Origin: Acidobacteriota bacterium | GTDB lineage: Bacteria; Acidobacteriota; UBA6911 | NCBI GenBank assembly: GCA_963664705.1 | Contig: OY761556.1 | Location: forward strand, 2,528,001 to 2,592,000 | Length of the DNA stretch: 64,000 nucleotides | Reading direction: 5' to 3' | Part shown: piece by piece, positions 10,165-20,063 of the stretch | Layout of the letters: each line of letters starts with the position of its first letter | Numbering within the stretch: position 1 is the stretch's first letter | Translations under genes and position numbers: made by a program | The notes under the pieces: model-generated | The model's input: only the letters and a program-made list of their open reading frames with translations | The model's database searches: none | What the model was told of the DNA's origin: nothing

Positions 10165-10941
10165 TTAGGCTGCCGGCGTTGGAACCTCTGATTTATGCGT
10201 CGCATCGTGGTGGCTGGCATGAGCTTCCTCCACGGCGCCGGAAATGTAGACCATAGTTAACAGTATGAAAATAAATGCCTGAATGGTGCTGGCAAAAAGA
10301 GCCAGGAACATAACAGGGATGGATGCAAGAAATGGAACGATATTGTTGAGCGATTTGATGATCAGTTCTTCCGCGAAGATATTGCCGAAGAGACGAATGC
10401 TCAGCGACATCGGACGGGCCATGTGACTGATCAGCTCGATGATGAAAAGAAACGGCGCCATCCACAGCACCGGGCCTGCGAAGTGCTTGAGATAGCCAAG
10501 GACTCCCTGCTTCCGGAAACCATGATAGTTGTAGTAGATGAAAACGCAGATGGCACATGCGGCGGTGATATTGTAATTGCTGGTCGGAGAGAGGAATCCC
10601 GGAACCAGACCGATGAGATTCCCGACCAGGATATAGAGTGCCAACGTCATAATAATCGGGATGAAACGGCTGCTTTCCTTGCCGATGACTTCGCCCATAA
10701 GACCGCGAACAGCCTGGAATGCAACCTCGACCAGGTGCTGAATACCACTTGGGTTGTCGACGCTGAGCCGCCGCCGCAGCCACCATGAAAACGTGATGAG
10801 CCCGAGGGCTACGAGCAGGATCATGACAATGTGATCCGGCACGGCATGATGCCCTTCTCCGATATGGACTCCCATTGCCTTCGCAATAGGGTCAAACAGT
10901 ATCCGGTTAAGAAATACCGCGACAGGCGCTGATTCGTGCAT
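10165..10941 (-). CDS. atpB: ATP synthase F0 subunit a
   Basis: RPMSLSIRLFGNIFAEE and IQAFIFILLT. Confidence 0.97.
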   Translation of the reverse strand: MHESAPVAVFLNRILFDPIAKAMGVHIGEGHHAVPDHIVMILLVALGLITFSWWLRRRLSVDNPSGIQHLVEVAFQAVRGLMGEVIGKESSRFIPIIMTLALYILVGNLIGLVPGFLSPTSNYNITAACAICVFIYYNYHGFRKQGVLGYLKHFAGPVLWMAPFLFIIELISHMARPMSLSIRLFGNIFAEELIIKSLNNIVPFLASIPVMFLALFASTIQAFIFILLTMVYISGAVEEAHASHHDATHKSEVPTPAA

Positions 10942-10943
10942 AG

Positions 10944-11318
10944 TTACCTGGGACCGCCTTTAATAGCTTCCAGAATAGCCTCTAGGAAAACGCCGCAACC
11001 GAAAACTGCAAATCCTGCAATTGCAGCGATAACCCCGGAAAAAAAGATACGCATGATAACATACAGACCAATAGGAATCAACAAAAGGCGCAAAATGTAG
11101 GAGGCCACGGTCCGGAATTTCGGATTTTCGGAACGGCGGAGGGCAGCGTTGATGCTATTTCGCAGCATGACGATGTTTATGGCCGCGAGCAATCCGCCGG
11201 CCATAAAGCAAATTCCGCGGGGGAAACCGAAGATTAATGCTGTGCCGATGGTTCCGGCCAGGACAAGGATCGCTCCCATTCGAAAAGACCGGGACTCGAA
11301 CACTTCATGGGTTGTCAT
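10944..11318 (-). CDS. atpI: ATP synthase protein I (4 TM)
   Basis: Four hydrophobic helices, GGLLAAIN..L and YILRLLL, immediately upstream of atpB. Confidence 0.8.
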   Translation of the reverse strand: MTTHEVFESRSFRMGAILVLAGTIGTALIFGFPRGICFMAGGLLAAINIVMLRNSINAALRRSENPKFRTVASYILRLLLIPIGLYVIMRIFFSGVIAAIAGFAVFGCGVFLEAILEAIKGGPR

Positions 11319-11535
11319 CCTTGTTCCTTTGGTCTTTAGCCAGAATCTGAATAATTTCGTAAAAGCCGACAACGGCCCCCACCAGGGTGAGACTGATGGT
11401 ACCCCAGGGATAGCTCTGAAAAAAGCGATCAATGATATAGCGTCCGAGAATCCAGCCTGCCGCCATCGAGCTTGGGAGGGTCAGGATTACGGATGAAAGT
11501 CGTCCCAGACGGGCATAGAAGGACGGACCCGGCAA
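11305..11535 (-). CDS. atpZ: AtpZ/AtpI-family small membrane protein
   Basis: GWILGRYIIDRFF..PWG..L.GAVVGFY; TTG start at 11535 with GAAGGAG RBS. Confidence 0.8.
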   Translation of the reverse strand: MPGPSFYARLGRLSSVILTLPSSMAAGWILGRYIIDRFFQSYPWGTISLTLVGAVVGFYEIIQILAKDQRNKDDNP

Positions 11536-11672
11536 AGGCAGCTCCTTCCCTGGTTGCCGGTCAAAGAAGGTATCCCGACCGGTATTATCGAAAATAAATA
11601 TTAACCAGATCGGCCGTTTCGCACAATTTCTCTTTGGTGGATTGAAAGAACTTTGGTAGGCTTCATGCCTGA

Positions 11673-11766
11673 GGAGAGGTACCGAAGAGGTCGTAACGGG
11701 CTCGACTCGAAATCGAGTTAGGGACCAAAAGTCTCTACGTGGGTTCGAATCCCACCCTCTCCGCCA
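11673..11766 (+). tRNA. tRNA-Ser(CGA); probable prophage attachment site (attL)
   Basis: GGAGAGG/CCTCTCC acceptor stem plus GCCA, anticodon arm CTCGA-CT-CGA-AA-TCGAG, long variable arm, GGTTCGAATCC T loop; integrase ends 29 bp downstream. Confidence 0.97.
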
Positions 11767-11794
11767 AAACCTTTGCATTTACTGCAGTTTACAG

Positions 11795-12955
11795 TCACTC
11801 ACGATTTCCGGAAACTCCATTCGAAATTTGATCCGCTGAAGTCGCTGTGGTAATATTGTGGGGATCCTGCGGCTCCTCCTTTATCCCCACGACCTTCAGG
11901 ATGTCCCTTCTGGCCGCATTACCAATCCGATTTCCACTCATTGCCTCATATGCAGCCCTGATTTCCTCCTCCTCGGGATGGACATACCGATAGGTCATCG
12001 CGATCGTTGAATGCCCAGCCGCCTTCGCGACTGCATAAGGATTTCTGCACGACTTCGCCAGCCTGGTAAGCGCGGTGTGCCTCAGACAATAGGGCTCGAA
12101 CGACTCCACCCCGCTCCTCTCCAGAGCCCCATGATGCCAGTCGAAAACCCGCTGCTGACCGTACGGCTTGCCCTTCCTCTCGGGGTCGGGCGACGGAAAC
12201 AGCCATCCGGATTTCGGCCAGCTAATCTGGTCCAGCCATCGCTTTAGTGCCAGGTACACGGCATCGACCATTGGCAGGTCCCGCTTCGCAGCCTTGGATT
12301 TCCCTGACCGTACATGGATGACAAACCGCTCAAGATCTGCGTCGTCCACTTTCAGCTGAAAAACCTCGCCCGGCCTGAGGTCCTGGTTGACGATAATTGT
12401 GGCCATCGTGCGCCACGGCTCCGTGCAGGCCTCGAGGTATTTCGACTCCTCATCTGGTGTGATGACGCGATCTCGCATCCTCTCCCCCGGCGCCAGTTTT
12501 ATCACAGTCTTCCTCTGCAGTTTCCCCCACTCGAACGCCAGGTTCAGCGCCCGCCTTAGGGTTCGTAGAGACTGGTTCATTCCCGAAGCTGACAATTTCT
12601 CGTGCTCCAGCTTGAACTCCGCTATATTCGCGCCGCAGATTTCGTCTATCGGCTGCTTACCGATCTTCGATCCCTGCAGCTTGATAGATCCATACTTGTA
12701 GTAATCGAGGGTATTCGGCTTCTCCTTGTGCTCGACCGTGACGAACGGATCGAAATCATGCTTGAGGAAGTCCTTCAGCAGTGGGGCCGGCCCTGCCTTC
12801 AGGATACCGATGTTTCCGAGCCTCAATTCCTTGCGGAGGCCGTTCTCATATTGCCGGGCGTCTTCCTTATTGGTCATGCCAGTCGAGTCCCGATATCTCC
12901 TACCCTCGATCATGAGTTCGCACCACCAGATTTTTCCTCTCTTGTAAAGGGCCAT
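11795..12955 (-). CDS. int: Tyrosine recombinase / phage integrase
   Basis: LRPGE, KSK, YCLRHT, GH, RY catalytic set; N-terminal arm-binding region. Confidence 0.95.
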   Translation of the reverse strand: MALYKRGKIWWCELMIEGRRYRDSTGMTNKEDARQYENGLRKELRLGNIGILKAGPAPLLKDFLKHDFDPFVTVEHKEKPNTLDYYKYGSIKLQGSKIGKQPIDEICGANIAEFKLEHEKLSASGMNQSLRTLRRALNLAFEWGKLQRKTVIKLAPGERMRDRVITPDEESKYLEACTEPWRTMATIIVNQDLRPGEVFQLKVDDADLERFVIHVRSGKSKAAKRDLPMVDAVYLALKRWLDQISWPKSGWLFPSPDPERKGKPYGQQRVFDWHHGALERSGVESFEPYCLRHTALTRLAKSCRNPYAVAKAAGHSTIAMTYRYVHPEEEEIRAAYEAMSGNRIGNAARRDILKVVGIKEEPQDPHNITTATSADQISNGVSGNRE

Positions 12956-13186
12956 CTATCTTTCTCCTCCATTGACTAGATCTTCTACATACTGCCGCAA
13001 GTCGCAAATCCTGTAGCAGCAATGCTTTCCGATCATATGCCACTTCGGCCCTTTATTCTCCCTTTTTAACCTCTTTAGTGTCCTTTCAGACACCCGCAGG
13101 TATTGGGCAGCCTCGGACATGATGAGAATCTCCGGCGGGTTGTGGAGCGGCTCCGGACCGCTTTCACCATTAAATTGCCTGCTCAT
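12956..13186 (-). CDS. Excisionase-like helix-turn-helix protein
   Basis: EAAQYLRVSERTL..GPK..IG...Y pattern, abuts integrase. Confidence 0.85.
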   Translation of the reverse strand: MSRQFNGESGPEPLHNPPEILIMSEAAQYLRVSERTLKRLKRENKGPKWHMIGKHCCYRICDLRQYVEDLVNGGER

Positions 13187-13222
13187 CGATCAAATTCTCC
13201 CGCAGCTGCCTCCAGAGCAGCA

Positions 13223-13714
13223 TCACTTCGGCGCAGTTTCATCGACCAATCCCATTTGGACTTGCTCGGCCGGCTGCGGCGCTTGGTAAGCCTCCGCAAA
13301 TGTCAGCTGCGTCCCTGCCATGATCGGACGCACTTGTTCGAGTGCATCCCGGTAGGAATCAAGTTTTTGCTGGGCGCGGCGCACGTTCTCTTCCCGTATC
13401 CGCTGTCCGGCAATAAGATCGTCCCATCGAGCTTTGGTCACCTGCATATAGGAATAGCTGCCATCCTGTTCCGGTATGGCAATGATTCTTGGGAAACCAA
13501 ATAAATTAGGCTCGTCCCGTTCGGTTTCGATTTTGGCCAGTTGATTGAGATAGCGTTTGATCGCCGCGAAAATCAACCAATGGCTTTGCCGAGCAATCAG
13601 ATCTGGATAGGCATTCTGAATTCTCTCAGCCACCTCCGGTATCCTGGCCTTGCGCTCGTCGTTCAAAGCCGCATACCATGTTTCGCGTATCGCTCTTCTA
13701 AGTGCGTTGGCCAT
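13223..13714 (-). CDS. Hypothetical phage protein
   Basis: 163-aa ORF overlapping the ParB-like gene end. Confidence 0.75.
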   Translation of the reverse strand: MANALRRAIRETWYAALNDERKARIPEVAERIQNAYPDLIARQSHWLIFAAIKRYLNQLAKIETERDEPNLFGFPRIIAIPEQDGSYSYMQVTKARWDDLIAGQRIREENVRRAQQKLDSYRDALEQVRPIMAGTQLTFAEAYQAPQPAEQVQMGLVDETAPK

Positions 13715-14579
13715 TTGATCTCCATGCCGCGAGAAATCGGCCCAGCCAAGTTCGGGCTAGTTCGCAATTGATGATTGTAGGCTGGTGTATATAACCGCTG
13801 TGGCGTTCGGCGAAAGCTGCCGGCTCACCCAATCGCTCTGCGATATCCTCTACGAGTCGTGAGAGTTCCCCACGCTGGCGCATCATCTCAGTCGAAAGCG
13901 CCGCTTTCTGCTCTTCGCTCATCCAGGCGGTCGCCTGCTCGAATTCGGCCTGCGATTCTTCGGCCAATTGTCGAAGTTGGGCTTTGAAAGCATTTCCGGT
14001 CAGCTTTTTATAAGCCCCATGCACATTGCCGGTTTTATCCATTTCCTCAGCAATGGCATTACAATGCTCTGGATCTCTTCTGGCGGCATCGAGGACCGCC
14101 TTTGCCTTTGCAAGAGTCGGACGTGACATGCCGACTGCCGAGGCGACCTGGTCGGCTGTTTTTGCTTTGGTGGTTGGTGAAAATTTTTCCCCAACTGGTT
14201 TCCCGTGCTGGGTTGCTCTTCCTTTTTCCTGACCGAGTCGCTGGCGCTCCTTCGCAGCCTTGCGCTCCAGCGGTTCCAGCCGCTCCGACATCGCGACCGC
14301 CTCACTCGGAGTGAAGTCTTTCCGCTCGGTGTTTTCATCCCGCTCGGCCAGTAAAAGGGTAAGCGCATCCTCCAGAGAATCAACGACTGTATGAGGGATT
14401 TCCGTTCTCCCCAGTTGCACAAATGCAGCAATTCTCCTGGCGCCGGCGATAAGGGTTCCATCGTTACACACTACGATCGGATGCAGCAGTCCTACTGCCT
14501 CGATGCTTCGGGTAAGAGAGCATATATCCCCGAGGTTCTTGCGAGCCCTGTCACTGATTTTTATGTCTGCGATTTTCAC
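13698..14579 (-). CDS. ParB/Srx N-terminal domain protein
   Basis: SIEAVGLLHPIVV...LIAGARRIAA, ENTERKDFTPSE, downstream HTH. Confidence 0.9.
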   Translation of the reverse strand: MKIADIKISDRARKNLGDICSLTRSIEAVGLLHPIVVCNDGTLIAGARRIAAFVQLGRTEIPHTVVDSLEDALTLLLAERDENTERKDFTPSEAVAMSERLEPLERKAAKERQRLGQEKGRATQHGKPVGEKFSPTTKAKTADQVASAVGMSRPTLAKAKAVLDAARRDPEHCNAIAEEMDKTGNVHGAYKKLTGNAFKAQLRQLAEESQAEFEQATAWMSEEQKAALSTEMMRQRGELSRLVEDIAERLGEPAAFAERHSGYIHQPTIINCELARTWLGRFLAAWRSNGQRT

Positions 14580-14646
14580 TGCTCGTCTCCTGAACTCCCG
14601 ACCTCGAGCGCGATCTTGACGTCATCCACCGCCCGGTTTATCCCTA

Positions 14647-15213
14647 TCATGAGTGCTTAATTCCTTTTTCCCATTTCGGTATGAGATTTCCAGCTGTTCT
14701 GCGGATCGAAAGCATTTGCTTTTGGTCTATGAGAACAATTTTTATCCCGGGATAAAAGTGAGCCATACGCTTAAGTTTCGTGGCGCTGCGCGGATCCATC
14801 CATCCTTTGACTTCATGATATTCAATAGACCCATCCCAATTGACTACTTTGAAGTCTGGAGTGTAAAACCTATTTCCGCGTTTGATTCCATTGAACTCGA
14901 ACGTTTCAGCCTCGTATTCCCATGACCGGATCTCTCGTGCCTTTAAAAGGACATCCAGATATCTGGCGTAGTTTGCTTCCCATGTTGATCTCAAATAAAT
15001 GCCGAGATCTTCTCTGAATCCGCCTTTGCCCCTCCTGCCAATGGTTCTCAGAAACTTACTCGGGCTAATAGCCATTTCTCTTGTCCTGCAATCGTTGGAG
15101 CTCAACACGATTTGACGAATCCTGCGGCTCCATCCCTTCTCGGGCAGCCTTTTGATGCAGAACCGCGCGAAGAGGTTCTCCTCAGATTCGCTAATATGCT
15201 TGCTGTGCATCAT
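14647..15213 (-). CDS. PD-(D/E)XK endonuclease (DUF1064-like)
   Basis: RSTWEANYA...YTPDF...EVKGW. Confidence 0.8.
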   Translation of the reverse strand: MMHSKHISESEENLFARFCIKRLPEKGWSRRIRQIVLSSNDCRTREMAISPSKFLRTIGRRGKGGFREDLGIYLRSTWEANYARYLDVLLKAREIRSWEYEAETFEFNGIKRGNRFYTPDFKVVNWDGSIEYHEVKGWMDPRSATKLKRMAHFYPGIKIVLIDQKQMLSIRRTAGNLIPKWEKGIKHS

Positions 15214-16238
15214 GAAACCTTCGTGATCGTCAGAGTGAACCGTCCCTTCGGATCGACTGTCTGGTAGAGCTTCTTAACTTTGGCTGGCGTATTGTCCTTT
15301 GTTGACTTGCTGAACTTCCCCTCGAGCAAAAATTTACCGGCGATGGCCAGTTCGACGCCGCGGAGCCTTGTTTTGATGTCCTTGTCGATGCGAGCAAATT
15401 CATCTGCGGCATCCTCCAGCTCATGGCGCCGCTCAAGCATCTTCTCAACCTCTGGATCTGTAATGACCTGAGAGCCTTCGCCCGACATCAGCGGGGGATT
15501 ACAAGCCGATCCATAGAAAGCGCATCGCCTGCACTCAGCGGCATCCGCGATGTAATCGGGCGTCGTTCCAGCCTCCTTGTGGTCGAGAACTCGTTCGGCC
15601 TTGGCTAGGAATTCCTCCATGCGGCCGAGGTTGGGAAGGAGTTCAACGGCGATCAGTTTGGGAAGCCCCGGGCGAGGAAGAAGCAGGAATCCATATTGTT
15701 CTCCTGCAGCGTATAAATAGCAGAGGAGCTGAAATCCGCCTTTCCGAGCCCATTGGTTCTCGAAGACATCGTCGAAGCAGTTGATTTTATTGGTAAGGTG
15801 GACATCCCAGTCCTTGATTTCCACGGGCGGCTTCGCCTGCCGATGCCCATATTCGAGCCGCAAATCTACCTTGCCAACGATCGCGATTCGTCCCTTGTGA
15901 TCACGGAGTTCGAATCGCTCCTGCTGGCCGATGACCGAGAATCTCGGATCTGAGAACTGGCCCACCCGCGTCAGATCGATGATCATGTTCCGCTCGCGAT
16001 CCTTGCCCCTCTTGAACCGTGCCAGCGTTTCCGTAGGAAAAGGGATGACCTTGTCGCCGGCGATCATCAGCAGAAGAAGCTTGCGGTCGCATGGTTCATA
16101 ACTGCCGGCATAGGTATATTGGCGATTCGAGGGCGTCTGTCGCTCCTCAGCCTGGATGTATTGCTCCCACCCGCGCATTATCGAATCAGCGAAAGTCTGT
16201 GCATCCTGAGGCATCTTAGAGAGTTCCGCGGCTGTCAT
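15210..16238 (-). CDS. Cas4/AddB-like PD-(D/E)XK exonuclease with Fe-S cysteines
   Basis: PCDR, GKVD, EIK, Q...Y and CRRCAFYGSAC. Confidence 0.8.
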   Translation of the reverse strand: MTAAELSKMPQDAQTFADSIMRGWEQYIQAEERQTPSNRQYTYAGSYEPCDRKLLLLMIAGDKVIPFPTETLARFKRGKDRERNMIIDLTRVGQFSDPRFSVIGQQERFELRDHKGRIAIVGKVDLRLEYGHRQAKPPVEIKDWDVHLTNKINCFDDVFENQWARKGGFQLLCYLYAAGEQYGFLLLPRPGLPKLIAVELLPNLGRMEEFLAKAERVLDHKEAGTTPDYIADAAECRRCAFYGSACNPPLMSGEGSQVITDPEVEKMLERRHELEDAADEFARIDKDIKTRLRGVELAIAGKFLLEGKFSKSTKDNTPAKVKKLYQTVDPKGRFTLTITKVS

Positions 16239-16241
16239 CGG

Positions 16242-17153
16242 CTAACCCTCCTGACCCGGTTCGCGAGTGGCCTGGGATGCCTGGCGTTTCGCGAGTTGCT
16301 CGCGGTAGATATCGTCGTCGAAGCGGTCATGCCCGTTGCTGACGCGTGCTTTCGAATCCCAGGCATAATCCTTGCATTTCCAATAGGCCTTCCATGTGCG
16401 TCCGTCACGCTCTCCCGACCTTATGAAGTCCATAGGGCGATTGCATTTCGAGCATGGAGGGATCGGAACTTCTCCGGGAGTGCCCTCATTGGTCGACGCG
16501 ACTCCGGCGCGCTCATGCTTGGATCCGAATCCGCGACCCTTTGCGCACATCTCCCATTTTTTCCACGTGCCGGCCCAGGCTTCCTGGATTTCCTGCACAT
16601 TGACTGATTTGAATCCCGTCAGTTCCCGAACGCATCCTCCGTCCAGATTGGCCCGCGCGCCCTTCTTGATGAGGGTGTCAAGTTCGACTCCCTTCTTATA
16701 TTTGACGAAATCATCCGTCGAATACCGTATGCCCTCCATGTCGAGCACGCTTTGTCCGGTAAACCTCGACATCGCGTGTCCGCGGATTCGATATCCGAAT
16801 GTTCCGTCGTCTTCCTCAATCTTCTCGAAGTCGCCATCTGGGATTACATCAATTCCCCATCTGGGCGCGATCTTGTCGCATCCGCGGTCTTGCAGGTATC
16901 CGGTGACGTTCGCATCCGGATCCCGGAACAGGACCCAGTCAGACGGGCTTGTCGCAGCTAGAGATGATTTGCGAAGTGTCACGAGTATGGCGTCTCTGGT
17001 TTCCACGATGGCAATCCCCCGTTTCTCCTCGGCGGCCAACTCGTCGATGGTGACCGGAACACTGGGGCTGCGTTTCTCGACCGCGGTTTCCTTAGGCATC
17101 ACCTCAGGTTCAATCACCGGACTTTCCGGATTCCGATCTCTTTGCTCTTCCAT
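16242..17153 (-). CDS. Putative single-strand annealing/recombination protein with C-terminal Zn ribbon
   Basis: Position beside exonuclease; CSKC...YWKC tail; family assignment is contextual. Confidence 0.55.
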   Translation of the reverse strand: MEEQRDRNPESPVIEPEVMPKETAVEKRSPSVPVTIDELAAEEKRGIAIVETRDAILVTLRKSSLAATSPSDWVLFRDPDANVTGYLQDRGCDKIAPRWGIDVIPDGDFEKIEEDDGTFGYRIRGHAMSRFTGQSVLDMEGIRYSTDDFVKYKKGVELDTLIKKGARANLDGGCVRELTGFKSVNVQEIQEAWAGTWKKWEMCAKGRGFGSKHERAGVASTNEGTPGEVPIPPCSKCNRPMDFIRSGERDGRTWKAYWKCKDYAWDSKARVSNGHDRFDDDIYREQLAKRQASQATREPGQEG

Positions 17154-17301
17154 GCTTGTCGTTCTTCTCCATTTGCTTGCGGTTTCGGCGCTGCCGCAGC
17201 TGGCGCCGTAATTCGGCCTGCAGGCCGCCCATTTCATCCTGGAGTGCTGCTATGCGATCCCGGATTAGCTCCGGAGTGCCTGTCTGATACGATCGTTTCA
17301 T
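17110..17301 (-). CDS. Small coiled-coil phage protein
   Basis: 63 aa, heptad pattern IRDRIAALQDEMGGLQAELRR. Confidence 0.55.
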   Translation of the reverse strand: MKRSYQTGTPELIRDRIAALQDEMGGLQAELRRQLRQRRNRKQMEKNDKHGRAKRSESGKSGD

Positions 17302-17427
17302 GTTGGCAACAGTAGCTGGAGCGTCTGGAGATGTAAAATTGAGTTAGTTTCGAGTTTTGATCTAAGTTAGTGCAGAGTTGCGCGTTTGAGCAGGCCTGGC
17401 TTGGCTTCCGCAGCATAGGAAATTAGC

Positions 17428-17943
17428 TCATTTTTCTTGAATTTTTTCCTCGAGCAGGTCGGATGAGGTTATTCTGCGCCCTAGTTTCTTCGAGAAGACG
17501 TCGCAGTATTTCGCCAGGGTTCTGGGGTACGGGGTCTTGCCTTTGCGGATGTGATTGATTATCTGCGATTTGGAGATGTCGGACCAATACTCCAGGTCAT
17601 CGTAGGTCCAATGGCATTCCAGCCTGAGCCTGTCGATATTCCGGCCGAAGGCAGTCGGATATTCCTCGGGTTCGTGAAGACCGCCTTCTGATGGTGAGGA
17701 TGTATCGCTAATGCTGGATGCCTGATCCCGCATCTGCATAATTTGCAGACGTATACCTTCGATAGCTGTACTTATGCCATCCAGCCGGCGCCGCAAGCCT
17801 TCGATATCATCTAGAATCCTGCTCCAGCCACCCATGAACCATTCCCGACTGGAACCATTTCCAGGGCGGAATTTCTCCCTTTTGATTATCTTGCCTGGCT
17901 CGCCTTCGCGAGTCTTTGGCTCTTCCTCGGATGGAAAAGTCAC
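17428..17943 (-). CDS. XRE-family HTH regulator (HTH C-terminal, coiled coil N-terminal)
   Basis: FGRNIDRLRLECHWTYDDLEYWSDISKSQI...GKTPYPRTL; start uncertain. Confidence 0.8.
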   Translation of the reverse strand: MTFPSEEEPKTREGEPGKIIKREKFRPGNGSSREWFMGGWSRILDDIEGLRRRLDGISTAIEGIRLQIMQMRDQASSISDTSSPSEGGLHEPEEYPTAFGRNIDRLRLECHWTYDDLEYWSDISKSQIINHIRKGKTPYPRTLAKYCDVFSKKLGRRITSSDLLEEKIQEK

Positions 17944-17971
17944 AACTGTAGGGGATGAACGCCCGAACAGG

Positions 17972-17991
17972 TTTCCGGGAAAGGCCGGAAA
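17972..17991. promoter_or_regulatory. Palindromic operator candidate
   Basis: TTTCCGG-N6-CCGGAAA between divergent XRE gene and 664-aa gene. Confidence 0.4.
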
Positions 17992-18056
17992 AGTGCCAAA
18001 GACTCGAACGACGGATAGGATAAACTTATTGGCAGAAGCCCCCCGGGTGGTAATCG

Positions 18057-20051
18057 ATGTGGACCAGCCACGAAGATCCGGACGATAACGAGCTTCGCCA
18101 AGCTTGCGAGCGGGTCCGCTGGATTCTGGGCGGCGGCTTTCAAGGATCTGAGCTCATAGTGGCTCGGGCCGCGCTTAGGATTGATAGAACCTACACAAGC
18201 CACGTGCAGAATAAGAAACGTGGCGAGAGCATCAAAGCCAGGAACCCCCAGGTATCCCACCAGCCCCGTTTCACTCCGAAGCAAATACTCGAACTGCTTG
18301 TCATGAGCGAATTAGAGAAAGAGGAAAAGAAACAAGAGGCTCCCGGCCATGATTTGACGCACGACGACTGGATCAAGCGCCTCTGTAAGCATTTGATAAA
18401 GCACTCGCTGACCCACACTTCGTACCATGCTGCCGTGGCTGTCGGCCGGATCCTCTGTACCTATAAGGCAAATGAGATAAGAGGCATGTACCTGCTTGTT
18501 GCCTATGACCGGGCACTGAAGAAAAGCGACCCGGAGTGTTGCCGAGCCAAAAATAGTTTGAGAAGGAGCGTGGCGCATCGGTTTGACATCGACGAGGAAG
18601 ATCTATTCAAGGAAAGATCTTGTGACAGGCTCACAGACTCCGATCGGCGAGTCCCTCTGACTATTCAGTCGCTCGACCGTTTCGCGCCTGCTGGCGGCAT
18701 CATTCCCGAGGAATACTCATGGGAATCAAACGACAATGAGGATCCTCATGCAGATTCCGTTATCGAGGTGGAGCGTATGTCTCGATTCTTCAGAATCACG
18801 AATAAATTCAACCCACTCGCGAAGGCTGCCAATCTAAAGCCCTTCGAGGAATCCGTCAAAGAATTGAAAAACTGGTGGCCTTTCTCGCCAGACGCAGGCA
18901 CAAAAAAGAACGGTAACGATGGCGGCAATGGCAGCGACGGAGGTCAGTATAACTTAAAAGAAATTCGAGACCATGTGGCGCGCGAACGGAAACGGCGGCG
19001 CCGTGTTTCGCCGGGATCACTGACAATCCGCGTTGATGGAAAAGATCAAGCTACGATCAACCTGTCGGAACAGGAGCATGAGGCGACACTTGAGGCGGAT
19101 GCCACGATAGTCGATGTTGTCGGGCGAGATGACCAGGGGGACGTCGTCCTGGCGACTTACGTGCTTACTTACGATGATCAACCACGAACAGAGGAGTGGT
19201 CGGCCGATTTACCACGATCGCAGAAACTCCTATGCACTTTCGAGTACGACGAGGAATATCGGGTGCACGCTAGATTCACCCTGACAAACACCAAACAGAT
19301 CGTTGCAACGTTGCAAGACCGTGAATACCCTGCGAGCAGAATCTCAAGTGCTTTGAGTCCAGCCTGGCTTAAAGCGCAGATCGTTCTGAGTTTTGCTGGC
19401 AAGGCGCTCATATCCATGGCCGTAGTTCTGGCAGCCCTGATTTATGTAAATATGCAGCAAAGCCTGAATAATCAAAGGACCATGCACGATCTGAATTTGG
19501 CGTATCTTCAAACCTTCTCTCGGGACATTGGAAGTGCAGAGCCAGGCCAGCGCTTACGGGCCATAAGCGTCTACCGGGAAATGAGCCCGCAATTGGCCGC
19601 ACCGCTGGCGCCCATAGCTGCGGAAGCAGATCCAATGACGGCAACGAATCGATCCGTGGAGATTTTGGCGGACAGGTCGCAGGATCCTCAGACCCGGAGT
19701 GTCGCCGAGCAAAGTCGCCGGCGGATAATGGGCGATTTCCGCATCGAGGAGCCTTCATATGGCAGTAAGGTGAACGTGAGGCAGGTTGTTCGCGGGACCA
19801 CGCCATTTCCCGAAATGCGGCATTACATAATAGTGACTACGCCGCAGGGAGTGGATTTTGTTGCGGGCGAAGCCAGGGTGTCCGGTGATACATGGGAGGG
19901 GGTCGCAACTTTTGGATCTGCTGGAGTAGGTAGGGGAGAGAAGTTTTATGTTCGGGTTATCGCGACAAGGACGAGTTTACCAGAAGGCCCGTTTGCCGGG
20001 ATGGCGGATGCTATAGCCTCAGATTCAATTCCGGTGATGCGCGACCCGTGA
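18057..20051 (+). CDS. Single-pass membrane protein: ~430-aa cytoplasmic region plus C-terminal exported beta-sandwich domain
   Basis: TM ALISMAVVLAALIYV; last ~105 aa align by eye with the two neighbouring exported proteins. Confidence 0.8.
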   Translation: MWTSHEDPDDNELRQACERVRWILGGGFQGSELIVARAALRIDRTYTSHVQNKKRGESIKARNPQVSHQPRFTPKQILELLVMSELEKEEKKQEAPGHDLTHDDWIKRLCKHLIKHSLTHTSYHAAVAVGRILCTYKANEIRGMYLLVAYDRALKKSDPECCRAKNSLRRSVAHRFDIDEEDLFKERSCDRLTDSDRRVPLTIQSLDRFAPAGGIIPEEYSWESNDNEDPHADSVIEVERMSRFFRITNKFNPLAKAANLKPFEESVKELKNWWPFSPDAGTKKNGNDGGNGSDGGQYNLKEIRDHVARERKRRRRVSPGSLTIRVDGKDQATINLSEQEHEATLEADATIVDVVGRDDQGDVVLATYVLTYDDQPRTEEWSADLPRSQKLLCTFEYDEEYRVHARFTLTNTKQIVATLQDREYPASRISSALSPAWLKAQIVLSFAGKALISMAVVLAALIYVNMQQSLNNQRTMHDLNLAYLQTFSRDIGSAEPGQRLRAISVYREMSPQLAAPLAPIAAEADPMTATNRSVEILADRSQDPQTRSVAEQSRRRIMGDFRIEEPSYGSKVNVRQVVRGTTPFPEMRHYIIVTTPQGVDFVAGEARVSGDTWEGVATFGSAGVGRGEKFYVRVIATRTSLPEGPFAGMADAIASDSIPVMRDP

Positions 20052-20063
20052 AGGAGACATTCA

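Noticed and set aside
11536-11778. N-terminal extension of the 157-aa ORF
   Set aside because: Overlaps the tRNA antisense; real start is TTG 11535.
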